From contig OZ024743.1 in the NCBI GenBank assembly GCA_964016885.1, forward strand, positions 315,766,001 through 315,830,000: a stretch of DNA of 64,000 bases, given 5' to 3'. Made by a program: the position numbers and the translations under genes. The notes under the pieces were generated by a model that was given only the letters and a program-made list of their open reading frames with translations, did not search any database and was not told the DNA's origin. Source of the DNA: Eledone cirrhosa (lineage: Eukaryota). Each line of letters starts with the position of its first letter. The stretch's first letter is position 1. Shown in pieces: positions 52,164 through 64,000 of this stretch.

Positions 52164-53149
52164 TTACATACGTATGTATGCATGTAAGTTTGTTTATTAG
52201 TGCAAAAGAAAGCAGTAAAGTCGTGACGAATTAAGAATTTGTCGTGATAAATTAACAAAGTCTTCTCTAAGAGTATATCTCGTTTACTCAGTTTTAATGA
52301 CAATCAAGACGCCTGCAGCTAAAAAAGTTATTAATTTAATTCACAGACATTCTAAGGTATCATAGTCCTGCTTCCGTTAATACTAAATTCATTAGAAATT
52401 AGCAATGGAATTGGACGAAACGTGATTGTATCTTCCTTTGTGTAGTAATCCATTAATGGCCGTGTCCATTATCGTTTCGATATTTCCATATTCTTGTGTT
52501 AAAAAGTCGAGTCCTGTTGATGTCGTAGTAAGTAACATGACAATTTTCTATTGATTTTTCTCTGAACTTAACTCTCTGAGTATATTTCTTCTCTCAACAG
52601 TTTGCATAACTGTTTATATGATATCCGGCCTGTCAGCGTATATTTGCTAAGGGAAATATCTGATTACTGGAAATTCTAATTTGCTTAATGTCTGGTTCAT
52701 CCCTAAATATAAAATAACTATGTGTTTCAATGTAACCTAACACTATACGACAATTTTAACACAAACAATGTAAAGATCAGTTACAAAAAAATAACGTCAT
52801 CTCTTCAGCCTAAAATCGCGCAAATGGGAAATGGCTAAACCATACACTAGAAGCAATATAATGCTTTCTGTTTTTATGATATCCAGGCAAATAATTCGCA
52901 GGTAAGACACGAACGAAAGGGGGGGGGATGCAATAAAAAAAAACAAATACTTCATTTGTAACAGAGCCACCATCTTGTATTTTCGGCTCAAACGACTAGA
53001 AAGGGTGGGGTCTGTTCGAATTCCGAGATGCCAGGGTAAAAACTTGGTACAAAATTACCAATAATAAAGATAGATAGATACATAAATACATACATACATA
53101 CATACATACATACATACATACATACATACATACATACATACATACATAC

Positions 53150-54110
53150 ATGGTGGCTGCCAACTCGTTTTCGAGTACGGCCACTACTTTATATCCATAT
53201 AGGAGAACCCCTACCGATGCGCTGAACAAGTGTGACCTTTTAGTCCAGCCAGCGACTTGAAAACTCTGGTACAAACACTACACTTGTGACAATTATTGAC
53301 ACATAGTGCTGGGCCCATGGTACCATGTGATGACAAGTGCAGAGAGATCTCCAGATATAAAGCAATGCCTGTGCCGTGAAGCTTTTATAGTGAGCAAAGG
53401 CACTGCACAAAGCCAGTCCCACTCTCTTAACCAAGATGATATTTACCAAAGAGAAGAACAAGTCAACATCATTGGATACCATCAGGGTTGCAGGTGTTAT
53501 ATCAGAGTTTTCCTTCTCCTAGAATTCTGCCTTGACAAAGGCTAAGGGGTCATCTCTCCCGGTGATTTTGGATGGCCATTGAATCTTAAGAGCTCCTTTG
53601 CCCTTTGACAGGTTTTGTTTTTGGTCCTGCAGGATGTCCAAAGTCACCCTCCTCACCAAGAAACCTTGGTGGGGTTGCCAGTTTAGTTGCCAACGACCCG
53701 ACCAGGAGCCAGGTTGTACTGGGATACATGTTACCAGTAGCACCAAATGGTGACCTGACATACATACATACATACATACATACATACATGATGGTGGCTG
53801 TAACCCGATTTCGAGTAATGCCATCGCTTGATACTTAATCATGAGCATCACAGACGTGGGTTTTTAGTCCGGCTATGGGCTTTCCTATGGCCAGCAATAC
53901 CATGTATCGCAAACAATGTCACATATCAACCGATACCTGTGCTTGAAGCATTTTTTAAGTGAGGAGAGGCTTTGCATGGGTCCAACCCCACTCTGAATAT
54001 CAAATGCATTTACCCAAAAAGAAGAACTAGTCTACATTATTGGATGCAAACGAAGTCGCAGATTTTATATCGAATTGATCTTCTCCTAGAGAGATGACTG
54101 AATGAAGACT
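53150..54110 (-). mobile_element. Two related RTE-type non-autonomous elements with (TGTA)n tails
   Basis: 53150-53560 resembles 53790-54110. Both carry a ctaggagaag(gaaaactctga) motif typical of RTE 5' regions and abut (TACA)n. Confidence 0.5.
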
Positions 54111-54175
54111 AGGAGTCTCCCCCCCCCCCCCAAAGAAAAAGACAATTTTGGATGGCTATTGACTTTGGATGGCTA

Positions 54176-54506
54176 TTGACTGGGGATTCTTTTCTTTGTT
54201 TTTGTGCCTCTCCGTTGTTCTGTCCTACGCCATCTTGTTTCGGTGTGACACACACAGAAACAAGATGGCGTAGGACAGAACAAAGGAGAGGCACAAAAAC
54301 AAAGAAAAGAATCCCCAGTCACTGAAGAGGTCACAGAATGTGTGACGAAAGAACTTTGACAATATATAAACAACCATCTGTTTGTGGAACTAACCAACCA
54401 ACCGGAAATTTATAAATTCCTAAATTTATAAATTTATTATAATAAATTGAAGTAAAAGCAACTGGTGCGTGTGTTTCTTATTGGCAACATGACCCTCCCA
54501 AAGTAT

Positions 54507-54512
<6 letters not shown>
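54176..54512 (+). mobile_element. Second copy of the 51690 family with internal fold-back and HHR at 54318-54360
   Basis: GUCA-CUGAAGA-GGUCACA..UGUGAC-GAAA-GAACUU-UGAC. Confidence 0.75.
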
Positions 54513-54546
<34 letters not shown>

Positions 54547-54616
54547 TTATATATATATATGCGTGATGTATCTCTGTCTTTCCCTCTCTCTTTCTCTATA
54601 TATATATTTATATATA

Positions 54617-54651
<35 letters not shown>

Positions 54652-54762
54652 TATAAGGATAAAGAACAAGGATTCACAGTGTTGCATCATAACATATTTA
54701 ATAACATATTACATATGTTTCACTATCGATCAGCTCAGAATCGTAGACGAAATCATATGCTA

Positions 54763-54856
54763 AGCATATCTGACGATCTTTCGATTACAGAGACAGGTTC
54801 GATCTATATTTGGTCTTGCCTCGAGCTGATCGATAGTGAAACATATGTAATATGTT
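54763..54856 (+). ncRNA. Type I HHR with about 60-nt stem II inside fold-back 54650-54908
   Basis: AGCAUAU-CUGACGA...GAAA-CAUAUG-UA-AUAUGUU. Confidence 0.75.
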
Positions 54857-54996
54857 ATTAAATATGTTATGATGCAACACTGAATCCTTGTTCTTTATTC
54901 TTATAGTATTATACCCTGCTCTGCGCGAGCATTGAGTGCTTAACCGGCATACCGCCTACGGACGCATTTTTCAAGCTACTATACAACTATATACAT

Positions 54997-55044
<48 letters not shown>

Positions 55045-55122
55045 GGTGTTGGATGTTTAAAGCACCGATTGAGCACTCGATGCTATTACAGCGTATTTTG
55101 GAATGTCTGGTTCGTAGAATCG

Positions 55123-55219
55123 AGACGTGTCTGACGACCTTGCGATTTCAGAGTCAGGGTCGATCATTACATCGATCGTGTCTCGAGCTGGTCGCCAGAG
55201 AAACGATTGTAATATGTCT
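55123..55219 (+). ncRNA. Type I HHR with about 60-nt stem II (relative of 54763)
   Basis: AGACGUGU-CUGACGA...GAAAC-GAUU-GUA-AUAUGUCU. Confidence 0.75.
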
Positions 55220-55261
55220 AATAAATTTTATTCGTCGCAACACTGATTCTCCGTTTCTTAT

Positions 55262-55302
<41 letters not shown>

Positions 55303-55304
<2 letters not shown>

Positions 55305-55500
55305 GAAAAAGTATGACCCCGACGGCAGAGCTCAAGCCGTTTCGACGGCTATTTCTGGACCAATAGAAATAGCCGTCGAAACGGCTTGAACTCTGCCGTC
55401 GGGGTCATACTTTTTCCTATTTCCCACTCTACTACCTTAAATATTGAGTACTCTGGTGCGTTATGGTCCATCTGGTTCCTTACCACATTTCCTTTGTTAT
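55303..55500. mobile_element. Short fold-back element in (TA)n, with a rearranged relative at 57293-57402
   Basis: Hairpin 55303-55418 with arms of about 53 bp. Confidence 0.6.
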
Positions 55501-55561
55501 ATATATATAAACAAGAACTTATCGTTTTAAGTTCTGTTTGAATAGTATATATATTTATAAA

Positions 55562-55621
<60 letters not shown>

Positions 55622-55691
55622 TATTCAAACAGAATTTAAAACGATAAGTTCTTGTTTTGGGGATATGTCACTATTTATAAAACAACTTTTG

Positions 55692-55752
55692 TATTTTATC
55701 TGATGAGGGCGTACCAATATTTTGGTAACCTTGAAATATATATAATAAAATA
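55692..55752 (+). ncRNA. Type I HHR in a diverged solo Naiad-like pseudo-LTR
   Basis: UAUUUUAU-CUGAUGA-GGGCGUACCA..UGGUAACCUU-GAAA-UAUAUAUA-AUAAAAUA. Homologous to 3587-3740. Confidence 0.8.
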
Positions 55753-55881
55753 AATATGGTTTTATAAAGATAGTTTCCAATTAATAATATCATTTATATT
55801 AATAAGAAGAAAACTGTTGAGTGCTTCGAATCTGTTATAATTAAATTTGTTGAATAACCCAAAATTAAATAACTCTTCGTT

Positions 55882-55929
<48 letters not shown>

Positions 55930-56450
55930 TATATATATTTATATACATATATATATATATGTGTGGTGGTGGGGGGGGGTTGTATGTATGTATATCTAAA
56001 GTACATATGTTGGAATCTATTACATGATAGTCACTTATATTTGTCATCGTCGATGTTAGTGTTTGTTATTTTCATGGAAGGGTGTAATATTTTATATCAT
56101 CACACTTATTTGAAATATTGTATACATTGAAGAAAAAAATAATTTTTTTTCTTCTCTAAATGTGTGATAAACAGTTTTCGAGAGTTGATAACACGTGGTT
56201 GGCTTCTGTTGATATTTTCTTCAAAGAAACAAAATAAGAGGTTTTTTTTCTACAGACAAGCAAAAGTTGGTTTCACAGCGAATAATCAACTTATTACACT
56301 TGGAAATATTTCTAGAATTCTCTGTGGTTACATATTTGTATACATTTGTGTGTGTGCGTGTGCGTGTGTTTATGCATCTATGTATATATATATATATACA
56401 TACATACACACACGCACATACACATACACGTACATACAGGCGCATATCTA

Positions 56451-56486
<36 letters not shown>

Positions 56487-56545
56487 TACTTACAACCAAT
56501 AGGTTTTGTTGCATTAAATTCATCGTAGGTATTTTAATATAAACT

Positions 56546-56549
56546 GTGA

Positions 56550-56582
<33 letters not shown>

Positions 56583-56608
56583 ATATATATATATATATAT
56601 TTTATATA

Positions 56609-56675
<67 letters not shown>

Positions 56676-56719
56676 GTATATATATATATATACACATATA
56701 TGTATATATACATATATAT

Positions 56720-56790
<71 letters not shown>

Positions 56791-56799
56791 ATATATATT

Positions 56800-56835
<36 letters not shown>

Positions 56836-56844
56836 CATATATAT

Positions 56845-56893
<49 letters not shown>
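56546..56893. repeat. Imperfect (TA)n microsatellite
   Basis: Direct reading. Confidence 0.95.
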
Positions 56894-56896
<3 letters not shown>

Positions 56897-56935
56897 AATT
56901 CACAAGAATCAAAGTTATGTTTAAAATATTTATTC

Positions 56936-56980
56936 GCTGACAATTGTTTCTTCCAAACCTAGGCTTGGTATCTTCGGAGC
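56936..56980 (-). ncRNA. HHR with U4C core variant
   Basis: GCU-CCGAAGA-UA-CCAAGC-CUAG-GUUUGG-AA-GAAA-CAAUUG-UC-AGC. Confidence 0.65.
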
Positions 56981-57179
56981 ATTTTTAATGTTTGTACACA
57001 TAATTGACCTCCTACTCTGATTCTTGTGGGTTCAATATTACTGCTCTGTAAAACAACTGTTGTTCTTACATTGAACTATTTATCTTACTGGTAATAAGGT
57101 AGTAATAAATTACTCACCTTCCCTGTTTATAGTTGTTTATAGGATAATATATACATAACTATAAATAGTATCTTGATAT

Positions 57180-57293
<114 letters not shown>

Positions 57294-57399
57294 ACGAAGG
57301 AAATGTGGTAAGGAACCAGGTGGACTATAACGCACCAAAGTACTCAATACTTAGGGTAGTAGAAACGGCTTGAGCTCAGCCGTCGGGGTCTTACTTGTT

Positions 57400-57792
<393 letters not shown>

Positions 57793-58287
57793 TAACAGAT
57801 TAATAAATATTTGCTCTACGGTTCTTATATATTTGATATATATTTATCCTTATCGAGCTCTCTTTGGATTTTAGTCTTCAAATTTATTATTATTACTATA
57901 TATATATATATACAAGTGTGTGAACGACAAATGCGACCATGATATTACCCATATCATCGCAAACGTTTTTCTTTTTTATATTATAGAAGCACGTTCGTTG
58001 TTATAGCGTCGTATCGTTTTACAGCGATGTTTTTTTTCTATCAGTCAGTTTCTCTGACAATTCATGTGAAAATATTTTATTTTCTCCCATGAATCTTCAT
58101 ACCTTGTAGGTTTCGTAGTTGTTGCAGTTGTATGCTGCTAAAGGCAATGTTAGGTAAGCATGTAAAGGAAATAATATGAAATACTTTGAAATAAAGTGTC
58201 TACTACAATATAATAAACATTGTTTAAAACGTTATACGTATGTGTAGAATTGTGGATAGGTAGATAGATTGATAGATAGATAGATAA

Positions 58288-61200
58288 ATGTTTTTATTAG
58301 CCACAAGGGTACAAAAGAAGGGTACAAATACAAATGGGGAGTTTACATACAGGTATATGAAAATAAAACTATTAATAAAATAACAAATAACAATTGAAAT
58401 CCCCAATAGGGGGAGGCGTTACACAGGGGTTGTACACACACCGAAAAAATGTACAACCCTCATCTCCAGGAGCACCAATAGTGAGTACTCCCTTCCTCTC
58501 TTCCTCTTTTTCCTAAACCTACAGGCATATATAGAGAGAAGGCCCAACCACTCAGGCCATCTTTGCCACATTCACCCACCCTTTATAAAATTTGCTGGGG
58601 TACAGCACCTCTCTCTCCATTCTGATTCTTCTTCCAGTTGCTCGCCGGAGAGAAAGGTGTCTGACGTCAGCTCTTTTAACCTCGTCCACCATATAACCTC
58701 TTTCACCATAGCCATAACACATAGGAAAACCGCCTCTCTCTCGTTTTTGAAGGAGGGTGGCGGTTTGATCGTGACAATGGACTCGGTGGTCAACTGGATT
58801 GGTCCCACCCACGACAATAAGCGTTCTACATAGCCCCACAGGTCGGTAACGCCCTGGCAGTGTACAAATGCGTGCGCGACGGTTTCCCCGTCGCGCACGC
58901 ATCTCGGACAGATCTTTTTCGAAGGGTCCCTACTCGGGCGCTGGTGTCTGTCTCGAACTGGTAGAGCTCCTCAGTAGCACTGCCAGGCAAGGGACTTTTG
59001 GAAGTTGTCCATTGGTCCCGGGCGGAAGGTCCTACCGAACAGACTGGCCAGTACGTCCTCCTCTACGTGTTGTCGCACTTGATGCGGACCAACCCTCTAT
59101 AGAATGTCGAAGTAGAGTCTCCACTGATCGCCGGGTCCGTTTGCCAGAGGACTGTTAGCGCCTGAGCACATTCGATGTGCCAGTCACCCATTTTCCTCGG
59201 TCTTTGCTTGACCCAGGACTGCAGCTCGTTCAGCGAGACGAGTCGTGGGAAGGCTCACCTCACGAACGAGGCCCACACCGGTTGTCTGGTGAGGAATACG
59301 TGGAGGTGCAGCAGCCTGAGCGCGTGTTTGCGCATCGTCAGCCACGGCATCCACAGCCCTCCTTTGGAAGGGTGTTGGCAGCAGATGGATCTTCTCACCA
59401 AAGGAGCTCGTTTCTTCCAAAGGAATTGGAAGAGCGCGCGCTCCATTTTGGTGAGCGTTTTGGCTGGACAAGGCACGACGGTCAAGCGGTAGTAGATGGC
59501 GGACGCTATAAAAGTGTTCGCCACGTCCGCTCGACCTTTCAAGGATAGCTTGCACTCGGCCCACTTCTGGGTGAACGCAAACACCTTGGCCGTCACCTCG
59601 TTCCAGTTCTTCTCCACCTGGAGGTCCGGACAAAACCAGACCCCGAGAAGCTTTACCGGTCCTTCCGTCCAGCGTCCGACGACGCCATCGGAAGGCATCT
59701 GTTTGCCTCTCCACGTTCCGAGTTGCAAACCGACGGATTTTTCCCGGTTCAGCTTCGTTCCTGTGAACCTTTCGTATTCCTCCAGTAAGGTGCCGACCTC
59801 CCGGATTTGCGAAGTGCTCGGCACCATCACTGTCACGTCATCGGCGTAGGCCGACGCCGCTTTTCGCGGTCCCGATTCCAAAGGGATAATTTGAAATAGC
59901 TCCAACTTCCGCAGTAGTGGCTCGAGAGTCAGTACGTACAGAAGGAGAGAGGGCATCGCTGTCGGATGGATCGCGTGATATGGAACGGCTCCGAGAGGTA
60001 GGCGTTCACCTTGGCCCTTGAGCAGATGTTGCTGCTGTGCATTGCAGCAATCCAGCCCCTGAACACGGGTCCGAAGCCTGCCGGCTCGAATACCGCATCC
60101 AGGTAACGATGGTCAACCCTATCGAAAGCCTTAGACTGATCCGTTCTGCTGCCAGTTGCAGTAGACCGCTTCCAGGAGACCGGGGAACAAGTCCGGCATT
60201 GTTACGTAAAATTCGTAGGGTAGACCGTCGAGACCTGGAGATTTGCGTTTGCCGAATTGGCTCAGCGCGTTCCCTACCTCAGCGGCCGAAATCGGCCTTT
60301 CGCAGGATTTCGCCCTCGCTGTCTGAGAGACGCGGTAGGCCGTCGAGGTATGGACCGAAATCCATAGCCCCTCCCGGCGCGCCGCCCTTCCCGAACAGTT
60401 GAGCAAAGTGCCGCTGAAAGGCCGCGCACATCTGCTTCAAAGACTGAATCGTGGACGTGTTCCCACTTTTCGCCTCCGTCACTCGGGCACAGCTAACAGC
60501 TTTGGCTCCCTCGTTTCTCAGAGCACGTATTTTTCTTCTGACAACGCAACCTTCATGTTTTGCGTCGAAGAACTGGTCCAAGGCCGTTCTCGTCGCTCGC
60601 ACGCTGGCTACGTTGCCACTCCTAAGTGCCTCTTCTACTGTATCTACCAGTTCCGTTTCGGTCTTATTTCTATCTAACACTAATTCTTTACTAAAACCTA
60701 TCGAGTCTAATCTAACTGCCCTCTTGAGAGAGTACCACCATCTGTTGTTGACAATAGCCCCCGTCAAATGCTGCTTAACTAAAGTGCTAATCCGTCTACT
60801 GTAGGCTTTGCATGTCGGTAACGACAAGTTCAGCTTCCAGTAGCCGGGTCCCTGTCTATGTGTTTTGTCCAGGTTGACTAAGCAGTCACTAATTTGCGAT
60901 CTGAATAGGCAACCATGAACATTTGTGGACAGCTCAACATGTCCCTATCCTTCATTCTAACTAGAACCCTATCTAGGCACGATCTAGATGTTCCGCTACG
61001 ATTAGTCTACGTCCTCAGTGGCACAGTCGGAAAATCTTGTCGATATCTATCGGCCAGGTCAAATCGGCCGATTAACTGTTTGAGGCTGTTACACCCCCCC
61101 CCCCCTCTATTGGGACATGCTCCCACATAGTCCCAACGTGCATCTAGGATTCCATTCCAGTCCCCCACTAACAGCAGGGAGCGGGACATTCCCAGAAAAG

Positions 61201-63445
61201 TCTCTAGACGTTTGAAGAAGTCTGGCCGCGGTGTCCCGGGTGGGGCATATGCGGCCACCAGCCTGAGGGCTCGACCTTCACTACCGTCAACGTCAACCAC
61301 CAGTCGACCCTTCGGGTCCAGATGTACCGTCTGTGTTACGAGGTCCAGGCGTTTCCGCAGCAAAACGGCAACCGCACCCCACCTCCCGGCTGACAGAGAG
61401 ATGCGTAGATCTCAAAGTCGTCGAAGATGGGGCCCAGATGTCGCTCGCTGTGGATCATGGACTCGCAAATGGCTACTACATCCATACTGTGCGACCTGAG
61501 GTCGTTTAAAGTTTGCCCTGTTTCCAGGGCATCCCCTGGCCGCGTACATTTACACATCCAACTCTTATATTGGCCATGTTGGTGCTGAAAAGTTAAAAGA
61601 GGAAAAGACATCATTCACCTCTCGTCTCCTGGGGACCAGGCTGCACAATTTCCATGGGGGTGTTGGAGGGGTTGTTTGGTGGGGTGGTGATCTCTGGCGA
61701 GTGGGGACTGAGATGTTTGGTGGGGTGGGGGTGGGGAAACATTTCAAAAGGACGCGTTTATAGGGTTTGACGCAGGGGTTACCTACGTCGTTAGGAAATT
61801 TTTCTTTTAACTGTTTATGTGTGTCCATGGAGAACCTAATCATTTTAAGATTAGGATACTCCGAAGAGTGTGTAAAGGTTTTCCCTTCGGTCTCCACCGA
61901 AGGGTTTTTATATATGGTGTCTGTTAAAATTTTATTGTTAGTATTTATGTAGGTGTAACATTTTTGTTGTGTTGTGTTGCTTTTTTTCTGTGGTTCTTGT
62001 GTCTGTTTACGTTTTGTAGTAGGTGTTTTGTTTTCAGGAGGGGGTGTTTTTGTTTGTGCTGTTGCGTCGCTTGTGTTGGTGTTTGTGTGTTTGTTGCATT
62101 TTTGTTTGTGTCATGTCTTTTCTTTTTTCTTTTTACTGGTCGGAAAGGCTCTCCCTCATCGTCACTGGGTGACGATGATGAGGCCTCATCCGTGTTGTTG
62201 GGGAGCTGTTATGTGTGGGTGTTTCTGGAGTTGTTTTAGGTGGGGAAGGGTTGGGTGGGACTGTGTTTGTCGTTTGTTTTGTTGTTGTTGTTGTTGTTGT
62301 TGCTGTGGTGGTGGTGGTGGTGGTGGTTGTGATTGTTGTGCTGGTGTTATAGGTGTTGGCAGTAATGCCTTTTTGGGGCTAGTTAGCCGAGGACAGGAAG
62401 CTCTCAGGTGACCACTGCTTAGGCAGTGGTAACATGAGGGCCGCTTACCTTCGACCGGAATGTTTATGTATATAAGTCCATCCAGCAGCACACGTTCCGG
62501 GATCCTAGCTATTCGTTCTGGTGTCATTTGGACCAGAATTTCCAGGCTAGTTCCGCTGAACAGGTCGCCGGAGGACTTACCTACCAAATACTATTGTCTT
62601 TTTCTAGGTTTAAAAATCCACATAGTACCCACCAAATATCAATATTTGGTGTGATACTTTAGATTTTTATTTTGTGTGTTCTTTTCCCCGTGTAAGTGGG
62701 GAAAAAGGTGAACAACGGTGAAACAATTGGCGACACAGAGTATTTCTGTGCCGTTAGTTGGTCTTTCATCAGAATGGATAAACTCCCGTAGAATCTACCC
62801 TTCTGAATGAAAGCAATGTCTTTTGAGGTATCTTCTAAAACCAACTCAATTTCGCCTTGTGAAAGTTAAGTCGGTTTTCGGGTTTTGTTTGAGACTGTCC
62901 TGAAAACCAGTTTTCAAGGCAGCTTCTCTTCGCAAATCTGGGGGAAAGTTTATGGAGAATGATCCGTTCACCCCCAAAGTTATGTACTGTCTGGCGTTAT
63001 TCAAAAGCTCATTTGCATTTGAAATATCTACCGGAGTGTAGCTTACCGTTTTCTTTACGGTTTGCGCAAACGATATTTTGTCGTTTACTTCCTTGTTGCA
63101 GTTATTGGTCTTGTTGTTGTTGTTATTGTTATAGTTGTTGGTGTTGTTTTCGTTCGTAGCATTGTTGTTGCTGTTGTTGCTGGTGCCGCTGGTTGTGTTG
63201 TTTTTGTTCATTGTTTCACACTTTTGGTTTCTTGCCATTTTTTTTAAAATGTTAGATTTTCCCCAAAAAAACATTTGTGAACTATTTCGCCTAAAGGCGT
63301 AGAATATTTTGAGAGACTGACCAGATCAAAATTTGACCTGGCAGTCCCTCTACAAATTGGTATAAAACTGAAGGTATACAGTTAGTAATTTCTATAGAAA
63401 TTTAGGCAGAATTTACCCAGCAAGTTTCACGCGTGTGTCCATCCC
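58288..63445 (-). mobile_element. Tx1/L1-clade LINE family D, full length, disrupted, inserted in (GATA)n
   Basis: ORF1 CYHCLSSGHLRASC, ORF2 GDWN and AYADD homologous to family C, (GATA)n at 58254-58286 and 63446-63522. Confidence 0.9.
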
Positions 63446-63522
<77 letters not shown>

Positions 63523-63523
63523 T

Positions 63524-64000
63524 ATTTCTTTATTAGCCACAGGGGCACAAAAGAAGGGGACAAATACAAAGGGGGAAGTTTACATACAATAAAAACGTGT
63601 AAAATGTTATCACAAATGGAATTTAAAAAGTTAGTCGATTTTCCCCAATAGAGGGAGACAGTTTATATGGGTAACACATACCCCCGAAAAAAAATGTGCA
63701 ACCCTCATCTCCAGGAGTACGAAGAGCTTGTACTCCTTTCCTCTCCTCCTCCTTTTCCTCAACCTTTTCCTCAACCTACATCCTGATTCTTCTTCCAAAG
63801 TGGTATTTGAAAAAAAGAATCAGTTGTTGGCCGGAGAGAAAGGTGTCTGACCTCAGCCCTTTCAACCTTGTCCACCATACAACCTCTTTCGCCATAGCTA
63901 TCACACAAAGGAAAACCGCCTCTCCTTCGTTTTTGAAGGAGGGTGGCGGTTTGATCATGACAATGGACTCGGTGGTCAACTGGATTGGTCCCACCCGCGA
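63524..64000 (-). mobile_element. 3' end of a second family D Tx1 copy (runs off the window)
   Basis: Similar to 58290-58812, abuts (GATA)n. Confidence 0.88.

Noticed and set aside
56165-56230. Possible HHR on minus (UUGAAGA..GAAA)
   Set aside because: Stems I and II do not pair convincingly

Overview
A host-gene-free, AT-rich, repeat-dense eukaryotic window, probably from a cephalopod (inferred from the SINE types and microsatellite load). It is almost entirely retroelements sitting in simple repeats. (TA)n zones (about 1-12.5 kb, 42.6-43 kb, 51.6-57.9 kb) hold two Penelope-like elements (one Naiad-like, one Penelope/Poseidon-like). They also hold many short non-coding, often fold-back elements carrying over 20 type I hammerhead ribozyme (HHR) motifs from roughly ten unrelated families, read by eye. 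These include a tandem 312-nt retrozyme-like unit and a U3-A8 compensatory core variant. A 30-kb block (12.5-42.6 kb) is a strand-polarised nest of (TAT)n-associated R4/Dong-like RLE LINEs, Tx1/L1-like LINEs and tRNA-derived SINEs, bracketed by two inverted copies of one HHR element. A sister Tx1 family at the right end sits in (GATA)n instead, and RTE-like pieces carry (TGTA)n tails. Most ORFs are broken. Coordinates and pairings were determined manually and no ribozyme activity has been tested.
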